Positions 25,452 through 39,079 of a stretch of DNA of 64,000 bases are shown here, piece after piece. Made by a program: the position numbers and the translations under genes. The notes beneath the pieces are model-generated. The model was not told where the DNA came from and did no database searches. It saw nothing but the letters and a program-made list of their open reading frames with translations. How positions within the stretch are numbered: the first letter of the stretch is position 1; each line of letters opens with the position of its first letter. Source of the stretch: Octopus sinensis (lineage: Eukaryota); the NCBI RefSeq assembly GCF_006345805.1, contig NC_042997.1:141484001-141548000 (forward strand), written 5' to 3'.

Positions 25452-27599
25452 CAGTGATACCTCGCAATACGAGTTTAATTCGTTTCATGACTGAGCTCGT
25501 TTTACGATTAACTCGATTTACAAATCAATTTTCCCCATTGAAATTAATTAAAATATCATTAATCCATTCCAGCCCCACAAAACGACCCAAAAGTCATTTT
25601 TATGAATTTTAAAACGGAAAAGGTGCAGTTACATGGAAAATGACAAGTATAAAAACATAATAAAAGAGAATGCAAAAGAAATATGTAAACTGGATTTATT
25701 AAGTGAATTTGTGGTGATGAAACGTTGAGGGGGAGAATTACTGTTTAGAAGGAGAATCTCCTTCCATTAAGACTTCAGAAAGAAAAAGTTTCGGTGTTTT
25801 CTCTCTCGCTTAATTTTCGCTTTTTGGATACCCTTTCTTCACTTTTCTCACTTGCAGGTCGTTTCATTAGAAATATATCAAGAGAAGTCAACTTTTTCCT
25901 GCCTTTAAACAATGTTACGAAAATGCGCCAGAGCAGTGTCATTAAATAAAGCAGCTGCACGACTTGTAGATACTTTTTCTGGATGATCTTTTTCTACAAA
26001 TTCAGAAACATACTAGCATTTTGCCAACATTGATCTTATGTCACTCGTAGAAATGGCCTTCTCCGCTACATTGTCCTCCTCCGGGGAACCAATCTCTTCC
26101 ACCGCATCCGAATGCTACTGTCCCTTAAGCTTCAAGTGCTCATCTGTCGTCAACTCCCTTGAGTGGTCCTCGATGAGATCGTTAATGTCCCCATCATCAA
26201 CCTCGAAGCCAAAGTCTTTCCAAGAGACGCTATGTCTTCGACTACAAGCCTCTCAGATTCACAGGCTCTTTCTGATATGTAGTCAAACCTCAGTTTCCTC
26301 CATGCAGAATTCAGCGTTGTCTCTGTTTCACCCTGCCAGGCGATATCGATGATTTTCAGGCAGTTAACAATATTGTAGTACTCCTTCCAAAACTCACAAA
26401 GGGTTATATTTATATTTTTCGATGACTTCAAAGCACCAACGAAACAGGTGTCTGGTGTACAATTTCTTAAAATTTGAAATCACCTGTTGGTCCATTGGCT
26501 GTAAGATAGGGCTGGTGTTGCGTAAAAGGTACAGAACTTTTATGAATTTAAATTCGTGCAGGATATCATCTTCGAAGTTAGGAGGGTGGGCAGGCGCATT
26601 GCCGAGGATGAGGAGAGCTTTCAGAGTAAGTTTCTTCTCCAGAAGTTACAGTCGACCCACTTGGTGAAGAATTGCCTGGTTACCCAGGCAATGGTAGACA
26701 AGGATCGGCTTAATCTTCAAGTATCTACTCACATTGGCAACAAGGATAAGAGTTATCCTATCTTTCGTAGGCTTATGGCCTGGCATTTTCTCCTCATCTG
26801 CAGTTATGTAGGTCCTTCTGGGAAATTTCTTCTATAAAAGGTCAGTTTCATCACAGTTGAATACCTGTTTTGAGATGGACCCCTTCGCTGCGATAAACTA
26901 ACGGAATTCACGCACAAAATCCTCAGCTGCTTTTGTGTCAGAACTCGCTGCTTCTCTATACCTGACGATGCGATGAACACCAGTCGTCTTGAAATGATCA
27001 AACCAGCCGCGATTGGCCTTAAATGTGTCTGCTGATGTCTCCTCCGTTGATGTTCCAGGTTTCTGCTTCAGAAGATCCCCATTCAGCGCTCGTACTTTTT
27101 CGCAGATGATGGTCTCCGCAATCGCATTCCCTGCGAGTTGCTTCTCGTTGATCCACGGCAGAAGCAATATTTCCATCTCTTCGTGGACAGATGTGCGTTG
27201 CTTAGAGAGCCTGGAGACAACCTTTGTTGTAACAGCCTTGATTTTGTCCTTTTTCTTGAGGATGGTGTAAATCGTCGACGTACTTCGGTCGTATTGACGC
27301 TTTATGTCCACCACACACATTCTTCTCTCATGGTTATCAATGATTTCCTTTTTCAATTCTATCGTAATCAGCTTTTTCTTCTCAACACTATCCTTAGTAC
27401 TAACCTTCTAAAATAATAGCAAAAAAAACCCATAAAACTATTTTTAAAATCTCTAGGAAAAACACAATAGGGATGCTGCCACAACTAGATAAAAACGTGA
27501 AGTGAATGAGCGGACGCTGCACATGGTGGAGCGTATGTGAGGTCAACGCTGACTAGCGGTTGCTTGTATGAAAGTAGCTCGTACTGCGAGGTTCTACTG
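25452..27599 (-). mobile_element. Near full-length Tigger/pogo DNA transposon, transposase pseudogenised
   Basis: TIRs cagtgatacctcgcaatacgag / ctcgtactgcgaggttctactg with TA at 25450-25451 and 27600-27601. CENP-B-type HTH ORF 26898-27356 (FKANRGWFDHFK). DDE_1-like pieces LQPMDQQVISNFKK and EFWKEYYNIVNCLKIIDIAW. Confidence 0.93.
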
Positions 27600-27690
27600 T
27601 ATATGTGTATGTATATATATATATATTATATATATGAGTGTGTTTGTGTGTTTGTGTGTGCATAACATGTGTATATATATATGTATATAT

Positions 27691-27728
<38 letters not shown>

Positions 27729-27742
27729 CATGCATACACTCA

Positions 27743-27829
<87 letters not shown>
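27600..27829. repeat. (TA)/(CA) microsatellite field
   Basis: Direct reading. Confidence 0.95.
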
Positions 27830-27833
<4 letters not shown>

Positions 27834-28639
27834 GACAGAAATACCAATTTGTATCAGCCTCAAGTTACATGCATATCGTAGCGGTAGAGACATCAAATTG
27901 TTTATCAGTTAAGAAAGATTTTAAAGTCAGATATTATACGTAATATTGTTATTCAGTGATTGCGACAAGTTACTATTGTAAATTGCTGCATGTGCAAATT
28001 TGATTAGCAAAATAATTACTGATAAAGTGGGGGAAATATCTGTTGAGAGAATTGGTTGCCATATCACTTGCTCGCTATTATTTAAATTTTTTTTCTTTTT
28101 TTAAGTGTTGGTATAATTTTTTGTGAGGTTTTCATTTAAACACACAAATATGTGCACGCATATGCGAGTGCATACATTTATGTATATATATATATATGCA
28201 TATATATATGTTCATATTCTACACATATACTCACAAATATGTTGTACACTCACATATAATATTTCTTCGCTGATTGTGTCACAATGGTGGTGAAGTTAAC
28301 AAACATACACACCCACATACCACACATGTGCATACACATTCTTTATAATTAAAAGTGAAAGCAGGTGGATTTATGCATAATCTTTGTTTAATTACCATTT
28401 TTTAAATAACAATTATCTGCTTCAGTATTCTTCCCATAATTATCATCTACATGAACTGAAGTTAATAATAGTAGTCAAATAATAGCAATTTCTAGCATTT
28501 GCATTCTACAGTATGTTTGAAGGAAGGGAGGTCGTGAATTTAATCTAATCACACTATATTATTATCATTATCATCATCATTTTCAGTATAATTATTAGTT
28601 TTATTGTTGTTGTTGTTCTTGTTATTATTATTATAAATG

Positions 28640-29520
28640 GTCATCATCATCATCTCCTTTCTACTTTGAGGAGTAAGCACCATCAAAATATGAACCTTAA
28701 ATCTTCGTTTCCTATGCAAACCTTTCTAACAACTTTTGGCTATTTCCACATTCTTGTCTTAAAAAAAGTTTCTGAGATGACTATTAGCTCTGTTGTCTCC
28801 CAGGGTAATCGAGTTCAGAGTATTTGAGTATCCGAGTATACCTGTATCCGAGTGCAGAGGGCGCTCAAGCCTCCCTATCCGAACTTTGGACAGAGGATCT
28901 CACCAGTCTCTGAAGCAGATAGTTTTCTCTTACCCGAGACAAACGGTTTTGCTTTACTTTCCATTGTTTTCTTTATGACAAATGTTTATTTTTTACGCAG
29001 CATGACTGCTAACAATTCAAAGCTCTACATAAAATATCGGGTCAGTGTTTAACAGTATTCTTGCGCCAGACACAAAGACAAACAATATGTGCAGTTATTC
29101 TTCTAGTTTGATAACGATAATTTGGATCTTTTAGACTGTGATGTCGTGAACATATGCAGACATTTTCTTCTTGTGTTCGAGTAGGATGCCTTCAGTCTAT
29201 TTATATCACACATTAAGTAGTAAGAACTTATTTACTCGAACCAACAAAGTTGAGTTGTAGCGATCGAATTTGAAGACGAAACGAAAGCTGGTTGCGCCTT
29301 CAAATTTTGGGAGGTAATTATACTTGTCCCGTTTCGTTCACTTTCTTGACTGATCTATATCGACGAGACGCCTACCGCAAACAGATCTACATGAGATAAA
29401 TGATGTTGAGGATATCCTGACTTGAGTCTGACCACTGACTATCCAGGACTAAGGCAAACTCCTTCGCCAATATTTTGTCTCAAATTTTTAAAGTGGTATT
29501 GATGCGATTTAAGGATATAC
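28640..29520 (-). mobile_element. Possible old RTE-like LINE remnant
   Basis: (CAT)n at the presumed 3' end and weak RT-like fragments only. Confidence 0.3.
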
Positions 29521-29624
29521 AGTTATCAAAAATTCCTAATCCCTTCCAACGTACTGAAAGAAAACTGTACGAGTTTGGTTTTAGCTCATACAATTGGGGA
29601 TGTTTCTACGATATCACCACTTAG

Positions 29625-30310
29625 CTGTGTGGTCAAGAAGCTCGCTTTGTAGCCACGTAGTTTCGGGTTCAGTCCCACACTATACATCATCTTAAGCAGT
29701 GTCTTCCATTATAGCTCGGGCCGATCAGTGCCATGTGAGTGAATCTGGTAGACGGAAACTGTGTGGAAGCTTATGGTATAAAGTACAAGGCACGTGGCTT
29801 AGTGGTTGGCATATTCGGTTCATGATTGTAAGGTACTGAGTTCAATTCCCAGCGACGCGTTGTGTCCTTGGGCAAGACACTTTATTTTCACGTTACTCCA
29901 GTCCACTCAGCTGGCAAAAATGAGTAGTACCTGTGTTTCAAAAGGCCAGCCTTGTCACACTCTGTGTCATGCTGCATCTCCCTTAGAACTGCGTTATGGG
30001 TACACGTGTACGTGGAGCACTCAACCACTTGCAAGTTAATTTCACGAGCAGGCTGTTCCGTTGATCGTATCAGCTGGGACCCTCGTCACTGTAAGCTACG
30101 GAGTGCTCCTATAATAACACACACACACGTACACATATATATTAATGTGTCTGTGTTTGTATATGTATATGCTTGTGTATTTTTGTTTCTGTATTAGTCT
30201 CCCTAGCCATCGCTTGACAACCAGTCTTAGTTTGTTTACGTACCATAACTTAGTGATCCTGTAAATAAGTCCAATAGAATAAGAACCAAAATTAAAAAAT
30301 AGTACTGAAG
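29625..30310 (+). mobile_element. SINE B split by a nested SINE C (29790-30108)
   Basis: B head 29625-29785, complete C copy, then B microsatellite and 3' part (ccatcgcttgacaacc...ccaatagaataag). Confidence 0.85.
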
Positions 30311-30679
30311 TCTTGTTGTGTGGAACCGGCATATCAAAGGACTAATCCAACGTTTCTTCCATTGGGTCGTTGTGACAACAGTCGACTGTACAATGTTTTA
30401 CTAATGCCCTCTTCTAGTATTGCCCCAACTTACTTTTACGCTTTCCAACGGCAACTAATGCTGTAGTGTAATTATAAATACACAAAGTGTGTTTTTATCA
30501 GATCGCTTTAGCAGGCAATTTATCTTAATCTTAACCTTGGCTAATGTTAATATTTTAAAAATAGAAAAATCAATAATTCTCTTTGGTTTTTATTTTTAAT
30601 TTATGTGAACTTTTCTAAATTTTCTATATTTTCATAATGCTTTTTAAAACACGAAATATGACCGAAACGGCAAATTTGT

Positions 30680-30744
30680 CTTGGGCCACAGGTAAGGTGG
30701 TGGCGCCCCACATTTGACCAGTAAGTCGCATGTTTGACACCCCT
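30680..30744. mobile_element. hAT/Charlie-like terminus
   Basis: gtcgcatgtttgacaccccta followed by gtcta resembles Charlie-type ends; partner end not found. Confidence 0.45.
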
Positions 30745-31239
30745 AGTCTAATTATTTCTGTAGTTTATATTCCTCGTTAAACCTAAATCATATTTTCACC
30801 CCAAGATCATTTAAAATTTACAAATGTTCACTTGAAACTCATTACTCTGGTCACTGAAGGATTTTCTATGCCAGAAACGACACGTTCTGTACGTGGGTGC
30901 CAGTCTATGAACTCTTATCTTATTAACAACTACATAATTTGAGTAGTCAATTAAACCAAAATGAGAAGTGCCTTCACTCAGCACTAATTAACGTGTTATT
31001 CAAAATCAAGTTACTTTTCATACTGCGATACATGTCAAGCGGCTAAAACTATGAGACTTTTGAATTTTCTTTTCCTAACTGTTTTCCCCACCTGCCACAC
31101 CTGCCATACATCCCATTGTGTGCATAAATTAGCGTTATAGTCCTACTATCATTAATAAGCACGATTCCTCCAAGAATATTTTCTAACATCTGGCTAAGTT
31201 TGACCATCAAACAATTTTTGAGTATATAGACAATGACCA

Positions 31240-31720
31240 GTGTTTTCTTGAAGTGCTTTAACTGTTACACACATTCATCTCCTTAAATATCGCATACACC
31301 TCGAGATCAATATCTTTCCGAAGTAGCACTGCTGACCCTATTTTTATACGTATTCTGGGAGCTGCTTTCCGCATTTAGTGTTCCCCGCAAGCCGCCATTT
31401 GAGCTCAATCTTCATCTTCATTTCCTCGTATGACGTAGTATCTGAATTCACCAGTAGTACTGTAGTACAAAACGTTCTCTGGTTAACAACTGGTCTCCCT
31501 TCTCCATCATTATCTCAAACTATGATCTTGTTGGTCACACCACTCGAGACTTCGTTGTTTCATGGTAACAATATCATTCAACGTTCTATTTCCTTTTTTG
31601 TTTTGGTTCCTGTTGTCTTTCTTTTTATTGAGTACCAATTCAGTGCGATGGTCAAAGCGTTTTATTTGCTAAGAGATACCTCTTCCACTACACAACGCGG
31701 GATAACTACTATGAAGTAAC
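31240..31720 (-). mobile_element. Old RTE-like LINE fragment
   Basis: Reverse translation KIELKWRLAGNT (cf. LKWxWAGH) and KEIER*MI. Confidence 0.45.
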
Positions 31721-31799
31721 AGCTTAGAACCAATATCTACACCTCAAAGAATATATTGCGAATTTTGTAAATTTCGTTTGTATTAAAACAAAACTATTA

Positions 31800-31927
31800 A
31801 GAACAAGTATAAAGATGAATTTTTTTTTTTCAACACGTAAATATTGAACAGTATATATAATAGATTTTATCCTTTATATATATACTGTTCAGTACGTGTT
31901 GAAAAAAATTATCTTTATACTTGTTCT
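31800..31927. repeat. Foldback inverted repeat, ~55-bp arms
   Basis: agaacaagtataaagat..ttttcaacacgta..tgaacagtatatataa is mirrored by ttatatatatactgttca.tacgtgttgaaaa..atctttatacttgttct. Confidence 0.9.
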
Positions 31928-32148
31928 ACAATACATTTCAACGCTTCAAAAACAAACTTGTTTGTTTACATAATATGACGTAAAAACTATTAACTACTCG
32001 AAGAAACCTTCACACAGTCGAATTCCCGAAAACGTTTAAACTCATAACTTTTGACTCGTCTCTCTTAATTGTTAAACTACTAATGTCCTATGAAAAAAGA
32101 AAAATGAAAAACACTTGACTTTCTTTCAGATTATTTATACAGATATTA

Positions 32149-32560
32149 GGCGCGTGCGTGGCTGTGTGGTAAGAAGCTTGCTTCCCAACCACATGGTTCC
32201 GGGTTCAGTCCCACAGTGTGCCACCTTGGGCAAATATCTTCTATTATAGCCTCTGGCCGCCAAAGCCTTGTGAGTGGTTTTGGTAGGAGGAAACTGAAAG
32301 AAAGCCGTCGTATATATATATAAATATTTATATTGTGTGTGTGTGCGTGTGTGAGTATGTGTTTGTGTGCCCTCCCATCATTACTTGACAAACGGTGTTG
32401 GTGTGTCTCCGTCTCTGTAACTTAGCAGATCGGCAAAAGAGACCGATAGAATAAGTACTAGGCTTACAAAGAATAATCCATGAGGTCGATTTCTTCGACT
32501 AAAGGCGGTGTTCCAGCATGGCTGCAGTCAAATGACTGAAACAAGTAAACGAATAAAAAT
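32149..32560 (+). mobile_element. SINE family B, full length, with internal (TA)/(TG) microsatellite
   Basis: tRNA-like head tggctgtgtggtaag...ggttcagtccc, CORE-like ccttgggcaa, tail ccagcatggctgcagtcaaatgactgaaacaagta. Confidence 0.9.
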
Positions 32561-33504
32561 GTGTCTCTTCATAAGATGTTTAATTAATATATCCTGGGTT
32601 ATATCATGTTGACGAATTCTAAAAAGAATGAAATAGTGTCATACATGTCTAACATCAAGACATTTTAAGAACATGGTAGTATGTAAACAAAAATAATTAA
32701 ATACGTGAATTCGATGCATCTTTTTCCTTATAATTCCTTAATTTCAAATTGAAATTCCTAATCCCGACAAATATATTTCCCTTGTAAAATTTATCCACAG
32801 GGGAAAGACATGTGCTTCGGAGTTTTATAAGTTAAGACAAATAATTATAACTCCAGCTGTTGGTGGCGCTAGGAGGGATTTGATTTTTACAAGACATCAA
32901 ATTACTCTAGTCTTGTAATTCTGTTGGCCCGGAGCCAGATAACAGCAACAATAACCTAGGCACTTCATGTCTAATAGTAAAAAGAAACCACTCAAAGGTT
33001 TCTGCTGCCGTGAATTCAACATATAACTATAACTATTTTCATTGACTTACAAAGTTCCCTTCCGCTGAATCGGTAAGCTTTATGCATGCTTAGAGAAGGT
33101 AACGAAACAGGACATCATAGTAAGATATGTCCAGAACCGGATATCTCACTAAAAGATTTGAAATAGAATACATGAAATAAAAGGCAAAGATGGAAAAATC
33201 AATGAAAAATAGGATGTTAGAGTTTAAGTGAAAGAGAATAAAGAATAGAAAAGAAACGAAGCATATAAGAAGAAAAGATTCTGAATGAGACGTATCTCTT
33301 ACCATTTCTAATTTTACTTTATTATTCTTTGCATAGCCTTTCGCTTGTTTTCTACGAATTCATTCTCTCCAGTAGAATATGTATTCAAAGCATGTATAGA
33401 ATCAGAAAGCAAGGCTGTAACTGATTACCGGACTGGCTAACTTGAATATGAAGCAAACCGATAAGCACTACATTTCTTTACATAATGGAAGGATGAAGTA
33501 GAAA

Positions 33505-33601
33505 AATTATAATAATAATAATAATAACAATAAACATAATTCTTTAATTAGAAACCAAAGAGACTTTGATCCGTCATTATATGATAAAAGAAAAAATTAA
33601 A

Positions 33602-33635
<34 letters not shown>

Positions 33636-33650
33636 GTAGTAGTAGTAGTA

Positions 33651-33706
<56 letters not shown>

Positions 33707-33853
33707 CGAAGATGGCAGAAAAATTAAGATAGATGACTGAAGCAAGCTGCAATTGCAGCTACATCATAATCAACAATACCAACAAGAACTATACCAGCAA
33801 CAACAACAACCAATAATATAACTATTTCATTGATCATCGCCATCAACACCACA

Positions 33854-33894
<41 letters not shown>

Positions 33895-34191
33895 CACTAC
33901 TACAACTACTACTACTACTGCTGCTGCTGCTGCTACTATCACCATATATTTTAGGCTATCGCTACAACTGTTACTACTACTATTATTAGTACCGTCCTTA
34001 ATACTAGTACTATCTCACTGATCACCACGACCACCACCAGAATTACCACCACTACTTGTTGGATCATTACTGTAATTTTATAGCTACAACTACTTAAGAT
34101 CTTCCAGCTAGTACTACTACGACTGAAAGTAGTAGTAGTAGTAGTAGTTAGTAGTAGTAGTAGTAGTAGTAGTAGAGGAAGAAGAAGAAGA

Positions 34192-34233
<42 letters not shown>

Positions 34234-34320
34234 AAGCTGCTGCAGCGGCGGCAGCGGTGACACCGGCGGCACTGGTGGAAGCAGCAGCAACTGCAGCAGT
34301 AGAAGAGCATTAGCGGTGAT
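33505..34320. repeat. Trinucleotide microsatellite field (TAA, TAG, CTA, CTG, CAG)
   Basis: Direct reading. Confidence 0.95.
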
Positions 34321-34581
34321 GCTACTGACGGCGGTAACGGTATTTCTATAACGAACCCGGGCAGATTGTTAGCGTTAAGAGGGCGGAGACTTATTACAAT
34401 CGATTGACTGGCAACTTTAATTAAGTGTGGTTTCTTGTGAAATTGCAGTTAATTTTATTTATTAGAACGTCTTTAATCTCCTCCCTGCTTCTTATCTCTG
34501 CGAGTTCTTTTGAAAAAGGATAAAGAATAAATACACATACAGTTATGTATATGTACATCTTTTTCTTTTCTATCTCTCTTC

Positions 34582-34665
<84 letters not shown>

Positions 34666-35429
34666 GCGCCTGCGCGCATAAACACTTATACATACATACA
34701 TATGCATATAGCAATGTAATTGAAAACCCGCTTTACGTAATTTTCGAAATCACAAAGGTAAAAGTAGTGCTTATTTTCTCATCTATTATTCTGTGATCTT
34801 CGATGACTTTCCAGTGAATTAGCTAACAACGACGCCAATTGGAATTATAGAAAATGAGATGAGATGGCAATGAGCTTGGCTGTTTTTATTTCATTCATTT
34901 TTAGTACGGTGTATTTTAACACAGGATTAAAGCGAAGTAAATTGCAATCACGGTAATACTTGAGATTATAACTACTATCATAGCCGCATCGCTAATTGAA
35001 AGATTTACAACAATGGAGATTTTTATGACTGGATATTTCATTTTTATATCTTTATTTTTTGTGGGCTTTTCTTTTTTCATGTTATGCAAAGAAAAATGAA
35101 ACAACCATCATAATGAAAAGACATTCACAATATAAGGCATTAAGCGTGGTTTGTGGTAATGCAGGCAAGTGTCATTAAAGCTCTATACAAGAATGCCTCT
35201 GTAAAGTATATCCAACTCTTATAGACAAACACTTGAAAATGGCAAACACCAAAAAAAAAATGCAAAAGCCGGAATAATTCTCATACAACCTGATGATTTT
35301 ATGGTAATGGTAATTAAGGAAGTGGTGGTAGTGGTGGTGGTGGTGTTGGTGGTGGCGACGATGATGGCGACAACACAATGATGGCGGTGACAATAATATT
35401 TGCTCTAAATTTAAACACAAAAATTACTT

Positions 35430-35600
35430 TTGAAGGAAAGAAGTTTGTTGATGATCGACTTCAGTTCTCGGCTGGTACTTTATCTTACCGATTTTGAAAG
35501 GATGAAATGCAAAGTTGACATGCACACAATGTAAATTTTCGAAAAAAATCATGCAGGGCATTTTGTTCGACGCTTCAACGATTCTGCCTATCCACCGTCG
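35430..35600 (-). mobile_element. Diverged SINE A copy
   Basis: gaaaggatgaaatgcaaagttgac and aacgattctgcc. Confidence 0.7.
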
Positions 35601-36169
35601 TCTGAGCAACAAGAATATTGATGATGTTAAAAACTTTGAATGCAGATCTTACTCCTGCTCGGGAAAGAGGGAGATATAAAATTTAGTCGACCATAAACTG
35701 AACTGGAGATATTAGTTTCAAAGTCGACTCGGCGATGTTTGAACAAAGAGATGTGATTAAATAATACATAATATTTTTGCAAACGCTTTCTTATTGCGTC
35801 ATCCAACATGATTAATCTTGACTAAATGGATGCCTACTCCACGGAAGGCAATATCGGTTCTAGCACTATATAATTTTACATATGAATAAGATGTTGGTTT
35901 TCTTTTATCATACAACTTAGCGTTGTGTATAATGTATCAATTCAACAGTGTTATTTACATCAAGTTGACTGTTTGTTAAAACCTTAGTTTATTGTTTATC
36001 ATAGATGTGTGCGTGATGTTATTGATATAAATATTCTACCGTGTTCGAAAAGGAAGTTCGGTCATATGCAAATAGATTCTGACAAATGTCACTTGACGGA
36101 GATACGATTGTTTTCATAGCGCATGCTCTCATGCATTGAGCTTTCTCCACGCACTTAACTTTCCTTTCC

Positions 36170-36250
36170 TGTATGTGTGTGAATGAGTATGTGTGTGCGT
36201 GTTTCATATGTCTGCGTATACATATATACATACATGCATACATACATCCA

Positions 36251-36331
<81 letters not shown>

Positions 36332-36466
36332 ATATATATGCACGCACACACATACATATAAATACATACATATATATTCATACACAGACATGTTTATATA
36401 CACGTGTGTGTTCATATATGTATACATGTGTGTGTATATATACATATGTATGTATATATGTGTGTG

Positions 36467-36524
<58 letters not shown>

Positions 36525-36535
36525 CATATATCCAT
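36170..36535. repeat. (TA)/(TACA)/(TG) microsatellite field
   Basis: Direct reading. Confidence 0.95.
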
Positions 36536-37589
36536 GTGTTTATCCATTTATGGTGTAACAACCATGTGTTTAATATATTAAGTATTGCTGCTAAGAAAAT
36601 AGTCCATGTTATTAAACCACAGGACACTAAAGCAGACGAGGCTAATCTATGTCGAAAATAGGATCCCTCTTTGGTGCAGAAATAGCGTATTTGTCGAAAA
36701 CCATGAAGTAACATAATACTTAGAAACAAAAAGGCATATATGTGTTAAGACTTCTAAATCTCGCTGTCATCAAAAAGCAGAAGAAAATTTCTTTAAAAAT
36801 TCAGTTTAAAATACCTAAATTTTTAACGAATACTTTGCACGCGACATCCATTTTATTCGATTTACAATTCTTGGAGCCATAAATTTCAAGTTTTTAGTTT
36901 CATTGTAAATCCGCCAAGAAAAGAGAAAAGTTCGAGTAGTTCTCTGTTAGTTATCCCCTGGATATTTTTCAACATATTCAGCTTCGATTTTATAATGTCG
37001 AAAGGTGAAAGAAGGTTAATGTTTGACAAATTTCGAAAATAGCAAGGTTACAACTTTTAGATCAGTCACTTGAATCAAGCTGAGAGAATATGTTTATTGA
37101 AGAGAAAGGATATCTGACCTGAATGGTCGCAACATGGTGGGCTCTGCTAAAACCGCCCCGTGACCAGATGGCGGTGATGTTTAAATGGGTTATGGATTAA
37201 GTCTGCCAACAGAAAACAGAAACTGTTTCTCAGTCTTACAAATTTCATTGATAAGGCTTCGATCCATTCGAAACTTTCATTAAAGACACTTTTCCAAGGT
37301 GTCACGCAGTGTAACGGAACTTGAAAACCTGGAATTGCAAAGTAAATTTCTGAACTAGACACCCATTGTTTCGAAAGTAAATGCTTAGTCTGTATGAGAA
37401 ACTACAAATAAGAAAATACCAAGTTTTGATTCAGCATTGTACTGCAACCAGATATTGACATTAATAGACATAGTTTCATCACTTCTCTTGCTTAGCATTA
37501 AATCGTTTGAATGTCTTGCTATATAACGGCTCAGAAGGATTTAATATCAAGATCGATTAGCGTCAGTCACAAAGTCAGTCATTATTTAA

Positions 37590-37730
37590 ATTCTCTTTGC
37601 TGAGATAACCTTAAATTATATGCTAGATGACCTGAAGTTATATGCCAAAATATAATAGAGCGTTTTGACGTAGCGTACTAGTTGGGTCAGGAGATTCAGT
37701 AGAAATATGGTTTTGACAACTGTGCAAATA
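37590..37730 (+). mobile_element. Short R4/Dong-like reverse transcriptase fragment
   Basis: tatatgctagatgacctgaagttatatgccaaa = YMLDDLKLYAK. Confidence 0.6.
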
Positions 37731-37857
37731 CCACTGCAGAAATACGTTTTACACACAAATGGATGAAAGCACCACAATTTAGGAATCATAATAATCGCTG
37801 AATACAAAATGCAGTGACCGTTATTATTGTCATATTTATCATCATCATTATTATTAT

Positions 37858-38060
37858 TAGAATGGTTAGCACGCTGGGTGAAGTGCCTAGCGGCATTTCG
37901 TACGTCTTTCCGTTCTTAGATCAAATTCCGCCGAGGCCGACTTTGCCTTTCATCATTTCGGGGTCGATAAAATAAGCACCAGTTGAACACTGGGCTCGAT
38001 GTAATCGACTTACTCCCTCCCCGAAGAGTGCTGGCCATGTGCCAAAATTTGAAACTATTA

Positions 38061-38120
<60 letters not shown>

Positions 38121-38187
38121 TATTATTATTATTATCATTATTATTATTATTATTATCATTTTCATTATCATTATTATTATTATTATT
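37858..38187 (+). mobile_element. SINE A copy whose tail runs into a long (ATT)n tract
   Basis: SINE body 37858-38056, then (ATT)n to 38187. Confidence 0.9.
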
Positions 38188-39060
38188 TGAGGACAACTCA
38201 CAGCTGATTTGCTGGGTATGATGTAAAGTGTAAACTGTCCACAGCCACTAAGGTGACACTTGTTTGTTGGTCATGATTCAAGAACCCTGCGAAGAATGCT
38301 TGCAGTTCCAAGCAATGCTGATTTTTGTAGGTGTTCTACCTTCACACTTCAATCTTTTCGAGTCATGTTGGTAGAGTACAGATACTTCAAAGCGTTCCAA
38401 TTACTAATTCTCATTGACCACAACTTTCGTATTTACCATTTCGAATCGTTATAATTGCCCATTTTTCTTCTTTCTCTTTGACCCTGTTGTCACCGTAACA
38501 CGCTATGTCGATTATCACGCATATTCTTTCTTTTTTAATCACCACAATGTCCGGTTTCCTATGTCTGATCAGGTGATCGTACCGAATCATTGCATCCCAC
38601 AACATTTTGCAATTTTCATTCTCTGTGACTCCTGGAATTTTCTCATACCACATCTTTGCTCTTTGTTGGCCATGATTTCCACAGAGCTCCCAATGGATCA
38701 TTCTTGCCACATTGTCGTGCTGCCTTTTGCATTCGCGTTGTGCCAATTTCGGGCATTTGCTAACGATGTGCCATACCGTTTTTCCCCTCTCACTTCATAT
38801 TCTGCATTTGTCGCTGCCAGTAATGTTGTCGATTCTGCATTTCACATAGTCCTTAACGCTTGTTCTTGAGCTGCGCATATAAGTGCTTCTGTCTCTATCG
38901 TCAGGTCACTCTTCTTCATCCATAGCCACCGGTCTTCTTTATCTGTCTTGGCGTTTGTATCTCTTGGAAACTGGCCGTGCTTTCCCTCTTTAAGTTTTTT
39001 CTTTCTTTACACAATTATCAATTTTAATGACGCCGGACTTCTTCACATGTTTCAACAATG
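38188..39060 (-). mobile_element. R4/Dong-clade (RLE) LINE, 5'-truncated copy 1
   Basis: HGQF, ETEALICAAQEQALRT, KRQHDNVARMIHWELC, KPDIVV...IIDIA (PD..D restriction-like endonuclease), LQKSALLGTASILRRVL. Confidence 0.9.
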
Positions 39061-39079
39061 GTATATTATCATTATTATT

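Noticed and set aside
33548-34310. Poly-I, poly-T, poly-V, poly-Y and poly-N ORFs (also 37921-38221, 40998-41481, 42403-42675)
   Set aside because: Trinucleotide repeat artefacts.
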